DNA of 64,000 nucleotides from an uncultured delta proteobacterium (GCA_963808625.1 CAWEHK010000038.1:1-64000); one strand, 5' to 3'. Positions 40,195 through 53,608 are shown, counted from the stretch's first letter. A program made the numbers and translations. Notes: generated from the letters alone by a model not told the origin.

Positions 40195-40261
40195 CCTGTT
40201 GGGGTCGCCTTCCCCAAGGTTCTCGTTGGCATCTAACTCATCGGTGTCACAAGAAGGAATT

Positions 40262-41908
<1,647 letters not shown>

Positions 41909-42490
41909 TTTGAGGTCACCAACACAACCCGTCAAAACGCTTGGGCTTGAAGTGTATCCCCTCTGTTGCCCTTGATGCGACCATGAAATGAAGATCATCA
42001 GTTTGAGCAGCTACCAACTCATGGTGCGGGTTCTCAAGGAACAATGCGTGGTGGAGGAAGACCCGGAAGCCGGCACCAAGAAGGTTTCGGTAAAGCCCAA
42101 CAAGGAAGTATCCTCGTTCAGTTTTGTCCATTCTGAACCGTCTCACTTTTTGCGAAACCATCAAATACTAAAATCGCTCCGGCTATTTAGATGAAGCATC
42201 TTCGGTGACCGCGTTTGAACAGAAAAGTGTCAGGCCCGGAAATGGGAAATCGGAAGATACAAGAATGAACAGAAATGTCTCAGAAAATACGGCAGGCCGT
42301 AGAGCCGAAAGTGTCACCTGTGCCCTTTGTCTGGTGGGCAGTCTTCAGACGGCAGATATTTTGTTCATGTGGCAGGTAATTTGCTTCTCAAAAATTCTTA
42401 AGACAGATACGATTGGGAACTCAAGAAGACCTTGGCCGCAAAAGGCGCCGGCCCCAGGGCGACAATTGGCTGGCATTCAGGGGGCAGAGG

Positions 42491-43705
42491 ATGGCTGAAT
42501 CCGAGAAACAAATCGAGAAGGCGCTGCAGGAGCAACTGCATTTCCTGCAAACCCTTATTGACACAATACCTAATCCCATTTTCTACAAAGATACCAAAGG
42601 GCAGTTCCTCGGCTGTAACAAGGCATTTGAATTGCGCATGGGTCTTTCAAAGGGGCAGATTATCGGCAAGACCAGCCATGACCTCTTTCCCGAAGACCTG
42701 GCCGAGGACTATCAACAGATGGATACCGCGCTTCTGGAGAACCCCGGTGAGCAGGTCCATGAAACTACTCTTCACTATGCGGACGGTGATATTCGCGATG
42801 TGCTCATCAATAAGGGGACTTTCGCCAATGCCGATGGTGTCGTCGCAGGACTGGTTGGTGTAACGGTCGACATCACAGAACGCAAGAAAGCCGAGATGGC
42901 CCTCCAGAAGGCTTATGACGAGCTTGAACGGCGCGTCGAGCAGCGCACGGTGGAATTGGCCAGGTCCAACAAAGAACTCAAGGTGGAAATTGTTGAACGA
43001 TTACAGGCTGAGGAAGCACTGCGGCAGAGCGCCGAGGACCTAAAACGGTTTGCCTATTCAGTGATTCACGATCTCAAGAGTCCTGCCATTGGTGTGCACG
43101 GGTTTGCAAACCTCCTCTACAGGCATTATCAGGATTCACTTGACAACAAGGGGAAGGGCTATTGCACTCAGATCCTTAAGGCGGCAAAGCATCTCACCGC
43201 CCTTGTCGAGGCCATCAACGTCTACATCGCCACCAAGGAAGCACCTTTGAAGATCGAGATAGTAGACATGAGTGCCATTTGCCGCGAAGTGAAGGAGGAG
43301 TTTTCTCTGCGGTTGAGCGAGCTCAAGGTGAATTGGGTTGAGGCCGGGGCAATGCCTGAAATTCGGGCCGATCGGTTATCAATGATCCGCATTTTTAGAA
43401 ACCTTGTGGACAATGCACTAAAATATGGAGGCAAGTCCCTGTCGCAGGTCAGAATCGGTCATGAAGGTACTGAGAAGTTCCACGTTTTTTCAGTCAGCGA
43501 CGACGGCGTTGGGATAAGTTGGGAAAACGCCGAAAAACTCTTTAAGTTCTTTGAACGTGGCAAATCATCCACAGGGGTCCAGGGGGCCGGACTGGGTCTT
43601 GCCATCGTCAAAGAAACCGCCGAACGCCATCGGGGTAAGGTAACGGTAGAACCAGCACCACAAGGCGGAACGAACTTCCGAGTCACTATCGCCAAGGATT
43701 TGTGA
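42491..43705 (+). CDS. PAS-domain sensor histidine kinase
   Basis: LIDTIPNPIFYKD..CNKAF, DITERKKAE, HDLKSP, NLVDNALKY, DDGVGI, GLGLAIVK. Confidence 0.92.
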   Translation: MAESEKQIEKALQEQLHFLQTLIDTIPNPIFYKDTKGQFLGCNKAFELRMGLSKGQIIGKTSHDLFPEDLAEDYQQMDTALLENPGEQVHETTLHYADGDIRDVLINKGTFANADGVVAGLVGVTVDITERKKAEMALQKAYDELERRVEQRTVELARSNKELKVEIVERLQAEEALRQSAEDLKRFAYSVIHDLKSPAIGVHGFANLLYRHYQDSLDNKGKGYCTQILKAAKHLTALVEAINVYIATKEAPLKIEIVDMSAICREVKEEFSLRLSELKVNWVEAGAMPEIRADRLSMIRIFRNLVDNALKYGGKSLSQVRIGHEGTEKFHVFSVSDDGVGISWENAEKLFKFFERGKSSTGVQGAGLGLAIVKETAERHRGKVTVEPAPQGGTNFRVTIAKDL

Positions 43706-43811
43706 CCTCAGTCCATGACGCTGATGAAGTGCTCGACAGGTGCGATGTGGTTGCCGAAACGGTCAGCAGGGTTTTGGGCAGGTTATCACCAATGTGTCAG
43801 TGGATCGCGCT

Positions 43812-43902
43812 GCATAACATTCAGGGTAACTGACGGCAGGCCGAAGCACTGCCGTCCATCGCTGGGCGGTACCCGCCGTCCAGTTGGCCCTGAGCTTCAA
43901 GC
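43812..43902 (-). other. attC-like imperfect palindrome
   Basis: gcataac-attcagggtaactgacggc ... gccgtccagttggccctga; arms pair with two extrahelical bases; one core site is degenerate. Confidence 0.35.
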
Positions 43903-44159
43903 CTTCCATTTTCTGCCGACGTTTCTATGAAGCCTCAAATCAGCGCACTCTGCTTCTTGTTCGTGTTCCTCTGCGCCCGATCCTCCTCTGTCATGTATTC
44001 GTGTGGAGCATCTTCGTGTCAAGAGTGTAGGTGTGGCCCCGTTTGCTCCTCTTATCTCGGCGTGAGGCAACGACAGCATCAATCGCGCACGCCCAGGGAG
44101 CTCTGACCGGAACACGCGACGCATTCCCCGTGCGTCGCCTGGATGCATTGGTCAGCCAC

Positions 44160-44378
44160 TCATGCGACCTGATAAATGACGGGTCGATAGCGAGGTCCTG
44201 GGATTGGCTTTCTGTGCTCGCGTGCCGCCTCAAGCCATGCCTTTTTTGCGATCAGTACTTCCCGCAGTGCTTCTTCAGGGGTTGAGCCAAAAGCTGAACA
44301 ATGTTTCAAATCTGGTATATCTGCAATATACCCCTCATCCTCTTCACTATAGAATACGTTAATGTGATAATCACTCAT
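44160..44378 (-). CDS. HicB-family antitoxin
   Basis: YHINVFYSEEDEGYIADIPDLKHCSAFGSTPEEAL. Confidence 0.88.
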   Translation of the reverse strand: MSDYHINVFYSEEDEGYIADIPDLKHCSAFGSTPEEALREVLIAKKAWLEAAREHRKPIPGPRYRPVIYQVA

Positions 44379-44628
44379 TCCTCATCCTCCAGTTGGAGAT
44401 TGTATCGTTCAATGATCTGCAGCAGTTGCTTAACCTGATATGGTTTGGCTTTCCCTTCAACATCTTGGAGGTTCACCAGTTCTGACACTTCCGGGTGTAC
44501 GTAGATATGATGGTCGCCGGTGATGCGTGATAATTGAACCCAAATGCCTTGGCACAGGCCGATGCCTCAGAGAACCGGATGTTTTTCGAGCCGGAAAGCA
44601 ATTTTTGCAGCAATTTGCGTTTCTTCAT
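44375..44628 (-). CDS. HicA-family toxin (frameshifted)
   Basis: MKKRKLLQKLLSGSKNIRFSE..FGF then (shifted) RITGDHHIYVHPEVSELVNLQDVEGKAKPYQVKQLL; ATGA overlap with hicB. Confidence 0.85.
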
Positions 44629-44726
44629 CGGTGACCCTCCGAGATTGGTTTTCAGCATCCGACCCCGTCCGAAACAACGCCACCGGATGATCTCGGCATG
44701 GTTGCGTGTCCGCGTGCGTGCCCTCG

Positions 44727-44966
44727 TTATGCGACATTCCGGAGCTTGTTGGCGAAGTCTCGGCCTGAAGTTGACGGAGGAAGCGTCTTCCCATCCTCCC
44801 TGTAAAGCGCAATTGCCTCGCCCACGATTCGACACAGTTCTGCGAAAACTTGCATTTCGTCGTTTCCATGGCATCCCCCATAAAGCAATCCTGGTGAGCT
44901 GCCCACATAGCACTGATTCTCCTCTGACCACTCGACGATCTTCACGTATCTGGCACGGTCTTTCAT
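44727..44966 (-). CDS. HicB-like antitoxin (short)
   Basis: YVKIVEWSEENQCYVGSSPGL..GCHG...EAIALYREDGKTLP. Confidence 0.75.
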   Translation of the reverse strand: MKDRARYVKIVEWSEENQCYVGSSPGLLYGGCHGNDEMQVFAELCRIVGEAIALYREDGKTLPPSTSGRDFANKLRNVA

Positions 44967-45160
44967 TTTGTGGATTCCCCTATCGCAAGCTTAACAGCTC
45001 GAACTTGGCAGTATTTTGCATCTTCACCCGGCCGCCTGGAAATGGCAACTGGCCCTCTCACCTTTGGGTGGACAAAGTTCCGATGGCGGCCCTTGCCTCC
45101 TCGGTCCACAACGCCTGCCCGTTCAAGCTCGGCAATGAGTTCTCTCACTTTGGGTGGCAT
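44963..45160 (-). CDS. HicA-family toxin
   Basis: MPPKVRELIAELERAG..RGGKGRHRNFVHP...DAKYCQ. Confidence 0.82.
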   Translation of the reverse strand: MPPKVRELIAELERAGVVDRGGKGRHRNFVHPKVRGPVAISRRPGEDAKYCQVRAVKLAIGESTK

Positions 45161-45276
45161 TCGCTGGTCCTTTGTCTCTCCACCACATGATAGATGGGCT
45201 GCATCTCTCTTGGTGAGGTGGTTTCATTCCGGTTCTATAAGTTTGGGAGATTTATTGTATCCAATCGCGTGATGAC

Positions 45277-45388
45277 GGGGTCACACCTACACTTTTGACA
45301 TAGCGCCAGGAATTGAACTCGGGTCCCCGTGATTACTGTGTTTTGCCGCTCGTACTGCGTGCTGTGTCAAGAATGTAGGTGTGACCCC
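45277..45388. repeat. Inverted repeat pair GGGGTCACACCTACACTTTTGACA
   Basis: Copies at 45277-45300 and 45365-45388 (inverted); a third copy at 44017-44040. Confidence 0.8.
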
Positions 45389-45643
45389 TGCCCCCACTAT
45401 GACGTAGAGATTGGCAGCGGAGGTTGACCCGTGCATCAAGGCGAGGCGCGGGGAGCATGTTGAGCATTCCGGCCATAGATGATTATTGGGCGGGCGCGGC
45501 TTTCATTAGCCGTGCCCGCCCATCCCTCATGGGATACCTGGGGAGCAGGAACGCTGAACGGTTACGATGGACCTAACCCTACCCCGGAGAAGGGGATGGC
45601 TCAGCGGAGCATTGCTCAAGACATCATAAGCTGACCCGGTGCA

Positions 45644-47008
45644 TTACTCACCCTGATAGGGCAGACGCGTAATCTTGGGTGGCACATAGGTTCCTTTTAG
45701 CGCGGCGCCCTCGGGACCGTAGATGCGAAGCATGACATTGAACGGTCCATCCGGCACGGGAAGCCAGTTCGCTCTGGGTGCTTTCTTCGGCGCATTTGCT
45801 CGAAGGTATACCGTTAAACCTCCATCAGCATCCTTGACAAGTCCCGGTGTATAGGCAGCCACAACATATTTAAATGCTGAATTCTCCACTAACTCAATGT
45901 CTTCAGGAGTATAGGCAGTTATTGACCAGAATCGCGTGGCTTTAGGAATTTGATCTTTAGTAAAGTGAATTCTGTAGCTATAGGCGCCACCATCGAGCGG
46001 AACACTTTGCCCATCCATGAACGCATGGGCGTAATAGGCCGTCTTTCGCTCGTTACCGTACTGAATGTACTCGGTAAGCGCTGCGCGATCAAGGTAGCTC
46101 TTGCCCCAATGGCCAACATTGCTAAAGTGAATCCAGTTATTTTTATCTCGATGGGACAGCCAGCGATCGATCAGGGCCGCATGGGCCGCTCTCGCGCCTT
46201 CGGTAATATGAACAAGAGCCCGCCCGTTCCCTTCCGCGGTTTTCTTGGCAGCATCAAACCGCTGATTAAACTCCGCAATAAGTTTTTTATCCGACGTGGT
46301 CAGGGGTTCCGTCGTTGGTGCTGCCATCGCCGTCTGGAGAGTTTCCAGAAAGCTTTCCGTCGCAAACTCGATGGCCTCATCGGCCATTCGTTTCATGGGT
46401 TGACTGAAGAAGTACAAAGGCACAACAGAAGCCTTTCCTCCCGTAGGATCACTTTGCCAGTCGGCAAGACTCTGCAGTTGCAGATTAGCCCTGAAGTCTT
46501 CCGCTGCCTGAATCTGGTCGTCGCCTTGCGGTGAATATTTGTCGGCTCTAATAAAGATGATTGATGAGTTATAAGGAAACTGAATCTTGGTCGCCTCAGC
46601 AGGAAGCTCACCGCTGTAGCCAGGTCCGACCAACGCGTAGACGCCGCCTGACGAAGAAGGAGCCAGGTCGGTATGGAAGATATCTCCAAAAACATCCAGT
46701 TGAGCTATCGAGTAAATATTTGGATAAGCAGGGACCGTAAGAATGAGTGGCCCTTTCGAAAGGTCTAATCCGCCGCCGCAGTAAATCGTATCGTCATTGA
46801 CCGCCACAATCCGCTTGAATTCCGGACCCATTCCAAGTGGCCCAGCAAGCCTGTTGCCTCCTTTGGGGAACTGCATATAACTAAGCCAGCGAGGATAAAA
46901 CCGAACAGCATAGTCATACGCAACGTCGTAATCACTTCTTGCTGCGAGCAGAACATCCGGCGCACCCAGCAAAAGTAGAATGATTGAAAATACTGCGATA
47001 CGTTTCAT
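45644..47008 (-). CDS. Secreted DUF1254/DUF1214-family protein
   Basis: VAVNDDTIY..LDLSKGPLILTVP, FWSITAY, NWLPVPDGPFNVMLRIYGP; signal peptide. Confidence 0.85.
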   Translation of the reverse strand: MKRIAVFSIILLLLGAPDVLLAARSDYDVAYDYAVRFYPRWLSYMQFPKGGNRLAGPLGMGPEFKRIVAVNDDTIYCGGGLDLSKGPLILTVPAYPNIYSIAQLDVFGDIFHTDLAPSSSGGVYALVGPGYSGELPAEATKIQFPYNSSIIFIRADKYSPQGDDQIQAAEDFRANLQLQSLADWQSDPTGGKASVVPLYFFSQPMKRMADEAIEFATESFLETLQTAMAAPTTEPLTTSDKKLIAEFNQRFDAAKKTAEGNGRALVHITEGARAAHAALIDRWLSHRDKNNWIHFSNVGHWGKSYLDRAALTEYIQYGNERKTAYYAHAFMDGQSVPLDGGAYSYRIHFTKDQIPKATRFWSITAYTPEDIELVENSAFKYVVAAYTPGLVKDADGGLTVYLRANAPKKAPRANWLPVPDGPFNVMLRIYGPEGAALKGTYVPPKITRLPYQGE

Positions 47009-47626
47009 TGTCCTTTCTCCTTTGTGAATGTGTTGAGTTTACCCCATGCCCAATACCGATCTATATATCAGCAACGGCCAATCCCACCAGCCATATAACT
47101 GATTTCGGCTGCTAATACCCGATTGGTGCTCTGATGCACAAAGGACCCGGCTGCCCCACAAATTAAGGCTCCATTGTTCGGAATTGGTTGCAGTTCCAAG
47201 AAGGCGCGATAGCGTTCGAAAGCAATTCCTCCCATCATTGAAGCTCAGCGAGCAATCACATCATTGCTAATGATCGATTTCAATAATTGATTAATCTTTC
47301 TACCGGCTTTCGTCTACCCGTCCCTAGTGAGTTGGCATAGAATCGAATACGAAATGCCCCGATGTCAAGACCAAGAGACCATGGCAAAGGAGCCAAACTT
47401 CAACCTTAATGCCCTTGACACGATCGACCACACGTGCTAGCTCAAAAACCATAAAAAGACGATTTCCTAATGATCTTAGCTTAAGAAGAGCACAAAGGGC
47501 ACGAAGACAACGAGAACCTTTTCTCGGGGCCTGTGTGGTTCAAAGCCTTGGTTGGCAGACACGATCTGCACCCGCAGGTTGATCGCCGAAGAGCTGTGCC
47601 AGAAGGACAACCTTGTCAGAATGAGG

Positions 47627-48003
47627 TTATGCCGCGTCCTTGAGCGTTCTGTAAGGCTGGATCAGTACTTCTGCAGAAATACCCAAACCATCGTGAAGGT
47701 TTCTGATCATCTCCATAGTGAGTGGGCGTTTTCGATTCAAGACTTCGGAAACACGCGCGCGACTCCCAATAAAGGGCTCTAAGTCTCGGCGAGAGAGACC
47801 CCTGCTTTCCATATGATAGAGAATGGCTTCAATGGGATCAGGCAGGGGAATAGCGTAATGCTTTTCCTCATAGGCTTCCGTGAGGGTTGTCAGAACCTCA
47901 GACGATCCGCTTCCGTGGTACCGGGTTTCGCATCAAAGAGCCGCTCAATTTCTTTGAGTGCGGCCTCGTAATCGGCTTCCGTCCTTATTGGTTTGATCTT
48001 CAT
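47627..48003 (-). CDS. higA: HigA-family antitoxin (one frameshift)
   Basis: MKIKPIRTEADYEAALKEIERLFDA...YEEKHY..LPDPIEAI..MESRGLSRRDL..IGSRARVSEVLNRKRPLT. Confidence 0.88.
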
Positions 48004-48015
48004 GTCAGTGCCCTC

Positions 48016-48308
48016 CTAAACTTTCGCCGCATCTATTCTGTCGTACTCTTGGTGCGTGCCGACAAACCTGATGAACACAATGCCGTGCTCATAGCGTATT
48101 GCGACGACTAATCTATAGCTGTTGCCCTTAAGATTAAAAACCACCCTGTCATTTCCTACAAAACTGGCATTTCGAAAGACTGTCTTAATATCCGCTGGGT
48201 TTTTCCATTCGGCATGCTTGGCGTCATCATACCATGCCTGGAGCGGCTGTCGGACATCAGGATGCCGCTCCCAAAACTCTTTGAGTTTCTTTCGGATATG
48301 ATTCTCAT
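48016..48308 (-). CDS. higB: HigB-family toxin (one frameshift)
   Basis: MRIIS...EFWERHPD...AWY...NDRVVFNLKGNSYRLVV..IRFVGTHQEYD. Confidence 0.88.
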
Positions 48309-48375
48309 CAAAATAGTATATCCTGATCCCAAAAGCGGGAGCAAGCAGAAATCTCCACAGTTGCGTAGAAACTAT

Positions 48376-48569
48376 CTCAAAGCGGATACAGAGTAGACAT
48401 TCTCGTGGAGGAGATCCTTATCCTTGAGCCAAAATACGTGGCACAGATCAAAGATATTCATGAGGCACAGTTGCTCACATACATGAAACTGGCCGGGACA
48501 GGAACTGGTTTGCTCATCAACTTCAACGTCAGAAGGTTAAGAGATGGGATCAGACGTTTTGTTCTCTAG
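48376..48569 (+). pseudogene. GxxExxY-family (PD-(D/E)XK) protein, C-terminal remnant
   Basis: Manual translation GYRVDILVEEILILEPKYV..IHEAQLLTYMKLAG...GLLINFNVRRLRDGIRRFVL*; N-terminal half absent. Confidence 0.8.
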
Positions 48570-48778
48570 ATTCTTCGTGTCCTTCGTACTTTTCGTGTTC
48601 TTCGTGGTGGAAAACCTTAAGTTGACGGCTATGGGCTGACAAGAGTTTTGCTTCGCCTCGAAGCAAAGTATGTCAAGATGACAAGCAAACCCTGAGACGA
48701 CTGATGCCGCGTTACCTGGGTGCCTCCATCAATGATGAGAGTGGTTTTTGTGAAGACGACTGATATAAGGAGAGAGCG

Positions 48779-49236
48779 ATGCCTGTAAACGCAAAATTCG
48801 TTCATACGAACATCGTGGCTGAAGATTGGAAAAGGCTCGTCCGCTTCTACGAGGAAGTATTCGGATGCACTCCCGTTCCTCCGGAACGAGATCTTTCCGG
48901 GAAATGGCTTGAAGAGGCCACCGGGGTTCCGACGCTCATATCCGGGGCATGCACCTCAGGCTGCCGGGCCACGGTCCCGAGGGTCCAACCCTCGAGATTT
49001 TCCAGTACAACCGGGAGGAGGAAAGGCCTGGAACGGCCATCAATAGGCCGGGCCTTGCCCACCTTGCCTTTGCTGTGGACAACGTCGAATCAGCGCTGCA
49101 GGCTGTAAAGACGGCGGGAGGCGGGGCCATTGGGCCGATCGTGTCCTTGCCGATCCCGGGCGCCGGTACCGTTACAATCGTTTATGCAACAGATCCGGAA
49201 GGGAACATTATAGAACTGCAGAGGTGGTCGAAATAG
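48779..49236 (+). CDS. VOC/glyoxalase-family protein (one frameshift)
   Basis: FVHTNIVA..RFYEEVFG, LEIFQY, HLAFAVD, YATDPEGNIIELQ. Confidence 0.85.
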
Positions 49237-49348
49237 CCCATGCGGGGTAGCTGAATTCTTGGTGCTTGCGTAGAGAAGAGTCCACGCAAAAGCAAAAGGG
49301 TCCGCCCCGGAAGGGAACGGACCCCATAGGCTGCACAAACCGATTTGC

Positions 49349-50272
49349 TTAATCCTCCTTCGGCGTCATGAAATCGGGGCGGAGAAACTCGGGATCCGGG
49401 ATAAGTGTAGAAGCCCTTGCCGCTCTTCACGCCCAGTTCGCCCCGTTTCACCATCTCCAGAAGGGCCTCGGGCGGCTTGTCATGGGGAAGCTTGGACTCA
49501 TTGTAGTAGACCATCTCGATGTCGTAGATGACATCAAGGCCCACCTTATCCATGAGCGCGAAGGGGCCTTCCTTCATGCCGGTAAAGACGCGCCAGGCCC
49601 GGTCGCTGTCCCGGAAATCGACGAAGCCGTTGCCCCACATGTAAAGGACCTCGCGCTTGATGGCTCGCCAGACGCGGTTGAAGCAGAAACCCAGGATCTC
49701 CTTATTCACCTTGAGCGGGATGCAGTTGACCGAGATGATCCATTGCACGCCGGTCTTGAAGACCTCGGGCAGCGTCTTCGAGCCGCCCATGATGTCCACC
49801 ATGTTCACGCCCTGGAGCGGGAAGTAGAAGTGGATATTGAGGCAGCGCTCGGGGCGCCCGCTCGAGGCCTCCATCTTGGAGACCGGGATGGAGGAGCTGT
49901 TGGTGGCGATGATGCAGTCCTTCGGCGATTTCTCGCCCAGTTCCTTGAAGATCTTGTTCTTGAGCTCGACGTTCTCGAACACTGCCTCGATGATGAGCTG
50001 GGCGTCCGTCACGGCCTCGTCGATCGAGGCCACCTGTTTGACCGCCTTCTTGGCGGGCTCCCATTTTTCCCAGGGGATGAGCGGGGTGAACAACCCCTTT
50101 GGCCTTGAGGTCGTTCCAAATCTTCTGTATAGGTCTTCTCGAAAGCGCCGGCAACGGGATCGTATATCTTTGTCGTGTAACCCGGCATTGGCCGCCAGCA
50201 TGGCTATCTGGGCTCCCAGGATACCGGCGCCGATGACGGCGACGCTGATCCAGTGGTCTTGCCTGTCGCCAT
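49349..50272 (-). CDS. 3-hydroxyacyl-CoA dehydrogenase family protein (frameshifted)
   Basis: VIGAGILG, IEAVFENVELK, ATNSSS, GFCFNRVW, GPFALMDKVGLD, GELGVKSGKGFY. Confidence 0.9.
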
Positions 50273-50371
50273 TTTAATCTGGGGACATGACAGCCCCTGT
50301 CGACGTATTCATGTCAATATTGTAGTCAGGGAGTGGGGGTATATCCCTCTCCTTGACCAGGTAAAATCAGT

Positions 50372-51861
50372 TTATAGTTTGAAGACCGGCTTCCATCTGC
50401 TTAGGCAGGTTCTCGCCGGCAGCACCGTCGGTAAAAAAGGAGACCACGGTCGTGATGATAACCGCCCCGCCAATCGTGAAGAGATAATAGGGGAATGGGA
50501 AGCGGCAGATCTTGAAGTTCTCGATGATCGGCAAAGCGATATTGGCTATAACTGCAAAGGCCAGCGCGAGGATAATTGCCTCACGTGGAGCAGCGCCGCC
50601 AGAGGAGCCCCATGGTGAAGGTGGGTATCGTCACGGAGGCGAAGAAGCCCCAACCGAGGGTCCCGAGAATGGCCACGGCTCGGCCCCCCCAGTACCCGAA
50701 CCCGATGCAGAGGACCATCACGACGATCTGAAGGTAACGGCCGATAGACTATCTGATTGATCATGGGCGTATCTCGTGGCCTAAGGCCCCCGCAAGGTCG
50801 CGGGTGAGTGCGCCCGAGGCAAGCGAGATGAAGAAGCTCGCCGTCGAAACGATGGCCGCGAGCAGCGCCGCCATGATCAGGGCCTGCAGGACACCGTCCG
50901 TTTTGCTCACAAAGAGGAAAGCCGCCTTGTCCAGGTCCTTGATCGCCGGGACCTGGTCCGTTGCCACGATATAAACGGCCCCGTAGCCGACGAGGATCCA
51001 GACCAGTGAGGTCAACCCATAGGTCGTCCCGCCGAGGATCCCGGCGAGTCTTGAGGTCCTTGTGGGTCTTCACCGAGTACATCTTGGCCAGCATGGTTGG
51101 TTGGCCCATGACGCCGATGAAGAAGACAATGGCGAAAGTGATGACCAGCTGGAAAGGCATCGCTCCGGCGCCGTCGACAAACTTCGGCCCGAAGTAGGGA
51201 TTGTTCATGATGACCGAAAAATCACCGCCAGTCACCGAAAAAAAGGCAACCATGACGCCTATCACGCCGATGAGCATGACGAGTCCCTGGAAGGCGTCGG
51301 TCAGGATCGAGCCGGACATGCCGGAGACCAGCATGTAGGCCAGCGTACTGCCGAACATGATGGCCACGCCCCACTCCTCGGAAACACCCAGCATCTGGTT
51401 CATGAGCTTGGCGCCGCCCTTCACCTGTGAGGACAAATAGGCGATGGCGGCCAGACAGAGCCCCACGGCCAGGATGCCCCGGACGGCCTGGCTCTGGAAG
51501 CGGACGCGGGCGATATCGGGAAGGGTTGCCACATCGGTGACATCGGCCATGGCGCGCATGCGTTTGCCGATGACCCAGTAGCCGTAGGCAAATCCGGGAC
51601 CGCAGGCGATGGTCATCCAGATCGAGGTGAACCCGAATTTATAACCAGACCCGGACCGCCGATAAAGCCGAAGGCGCTCATGACGGCCGCCATGGAAGCC
51701 AGGCCGATAACGACGCCGCCAAAGGTTTTGGTGCCGCCGAAGAACCCTTCGGCCGTCTTGGCGTACCGGTTAGCGTACCACCCGATGCCGATGGAGACGA
51801 GCATGAAGGCAACCGTATACCCGATGATCAATGGCGATGGCTGTATTAATTGTTCGTCCAT
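50372..51861 (-). CDS. Sodium:solute symporter family protein (frameshifted)
   Basis: MSAFGFIGGPG, SILTDAFQG, AALLAAIVST; multiple TM segments. Confidence 0.85.
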
Positions 51862-51873
51862 GGTTTCCCTCCT

Positions 51874-52332
51874 TTAGTGCAGCTTTTCCTGACCGGCGAT
51901 TTCCTTCTGGAACGCTTCCCACTCTTCGTCGGGGACGGCTTTCGAGCCGAAGAGTTGCAAGTAGGCAAGCGTCGCGGTTACGAAGTTTCCGATCCAGAAG
52001 AACACCATGGCGCCGAAGAAGCCGGGGTGCATCCCCAGGATGAAGTCCATCTTCTGGCCCTTGGTCTTATAGACAATGGTAAAAGCGATGGCCTGGAAGA
52101 TACCGTTTATCACCACAGGCCAGATGAGCGTTGCGGTACTCATCTTCTCATTGACGACTGCACCCATGAGGTAATAGACGACGGTAAGGACAGCACCTGC
52201 CAAAAGCCCGAAATAAATGAGTTGGTCGTCCTTGGCAGGACCGCCGACCCAACTGGCGTAGATGACGAAACCCCAGCACAGGGCCGCGATCACCATCAGG
52301 ATGTCTCGCATTTTGTCAGTAATGGCAATCAT
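51874..52332 (-). CDS. Membrane protein co-transcribed with the symporter
   Basis: Four hydrophobic segments; AGGAGGGAGG RBS. Confidence 0.75.
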   Translation of the reverse strand: MIAITDKMRDILMVIAALCWGFVIYASWVGGPAKDDQLIYFGLLAGAVLTVVYYLMGAVVNEKMSTATLIWPVVINGIFQAIAFTIVYKTKGQKMDFILGMHPGFFGAMVFFWIGNFVTATLAYLQLFGSKAVPDEEWEAFQKEIAGQEKLH

Positions 52333-52897
52333 TGTCTAATCCTCCCTCCTTCTGGTTAACATTGAATGGAATATTGCTCTAAATATATCGCGACAGCTTC
52401 CTGTGCCTCACCCCCTTTCCTATCCGGTCGCTTAAGGACACTTCCAACACCGTTTGAGATGGCAGCTACTGCGTCGGCAACAAACGGCTCCCCCACATAT
52501 TGCAACATATTGTAATCATGAATATTTTCTGAAGGTGACCAGGCGTGGAGTCCCCCCTCATCGAGGTGGATTTCTTCTTGGAGCGTCTTGATGCCGGCCG
52601 ATCCCAAAGGCCTCTCCTCCTCTAAAATGGCGACTGAAGACTGGATTGCTGGTAAAAAGATGGACGATGATCGCACCGAGAAAGTCTCTTGTCAAGCTGT
52701 GAGTGGTGCTTGCTTGCCTGTTCTTGCTTTGAACAGGGGGGATCATTCATTGCTGTGCAAGTGCTTGATACTGTTTGGGTTTAACCATCAGAGAATGACT
52801 TGACGCTTGACCTTGAACACCGCTCCCCGAAAATCCCACTTGCCGGGAAGGAACAAGCGGGCTAGGATCGTTCAGCAAAAAACTGTGAGGAGATGTT

Positions 52898-53137
52898 ATG
52901 AAGCGTGCTGCGATCCTGATGGTCCCTCTTCTCTGCTTGAGCCTGGCTCTTGCCGGCTGCGGAAGGAGTGACACCCCCGAGCCTGCCGCCAAGAAGAGCG
53001 ACCGGAGCGAGTCGGACTTTTCGGCCACGGGCATGGTGAAGGAGATCGAGGAGATGCAAAAGGCGGGGGACAAGGGGAAGGCACCCGAACAGCCCCAGCC
53101 GGCCTCGGCTCCTGCACCGGAGGAACCCAAGAAATAA
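52898..53137 (+). CDS. Small lipoprotein
   Basis: Lipobox LAGC after a signal peptide; AGGAG RBS. Confidence 0.75.
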   Translation: MKRAAILMVPLLCLSLALAGCGRSDTPEPAAKKSDRSESDFSATGMVKEIEEMQKAGDKGKAPEQPQPASAPAPEEPKK

Positions 53138-53239
53138 GGCTCATCCGGCAGAGTTGCTCTCCCGCATCTTCCTAGTACACGCGGGTGCAAGTCTACACCC
53201 AGTTCTTCCCCCTCGATATGTATAGGCGCTCATTCAGCC

Positions 53240-53385
53240 GAATATCGAATATCGAACAAGGAACCGCAGAATGTCGAAGGATTGCAGAGAATCCAGCTTT
53301 GAAGATTTGTAACGGGCATTAAGACCGGACAGCAAAACCAAAAAAACTTCATCATTCGAAATTCCTTGTTCGACATTCGATGTTC
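53240..53385. repeat. Inverted-repeat (MITE-like) element
   Basis: gaatatcgaatatcgaacaaggaa ... ttccttgttcgacattcgatgttc. Confidence 0.7.
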
Positions 53386-53608
53386 ACTTCTTCAAGTGAA
53401 ACCAAGGTGGCTTCTTAATTTGTTGCGTAATATGGATGATGACGTGTGCCGCAATGAACCTGGGATTTCGGAATACACGGTCTCGCCGTCGGTGAAAGCC
53501 GGTCTCCCAAGATCGACAATGAAGAAGGGAAGGCTCACCAGCAGGACTCAAAAGAGGGACTATCGCACTCCCATTGGGGTGGGCTTTCTTTATCAGGCTT
53601 TCTGCCCA

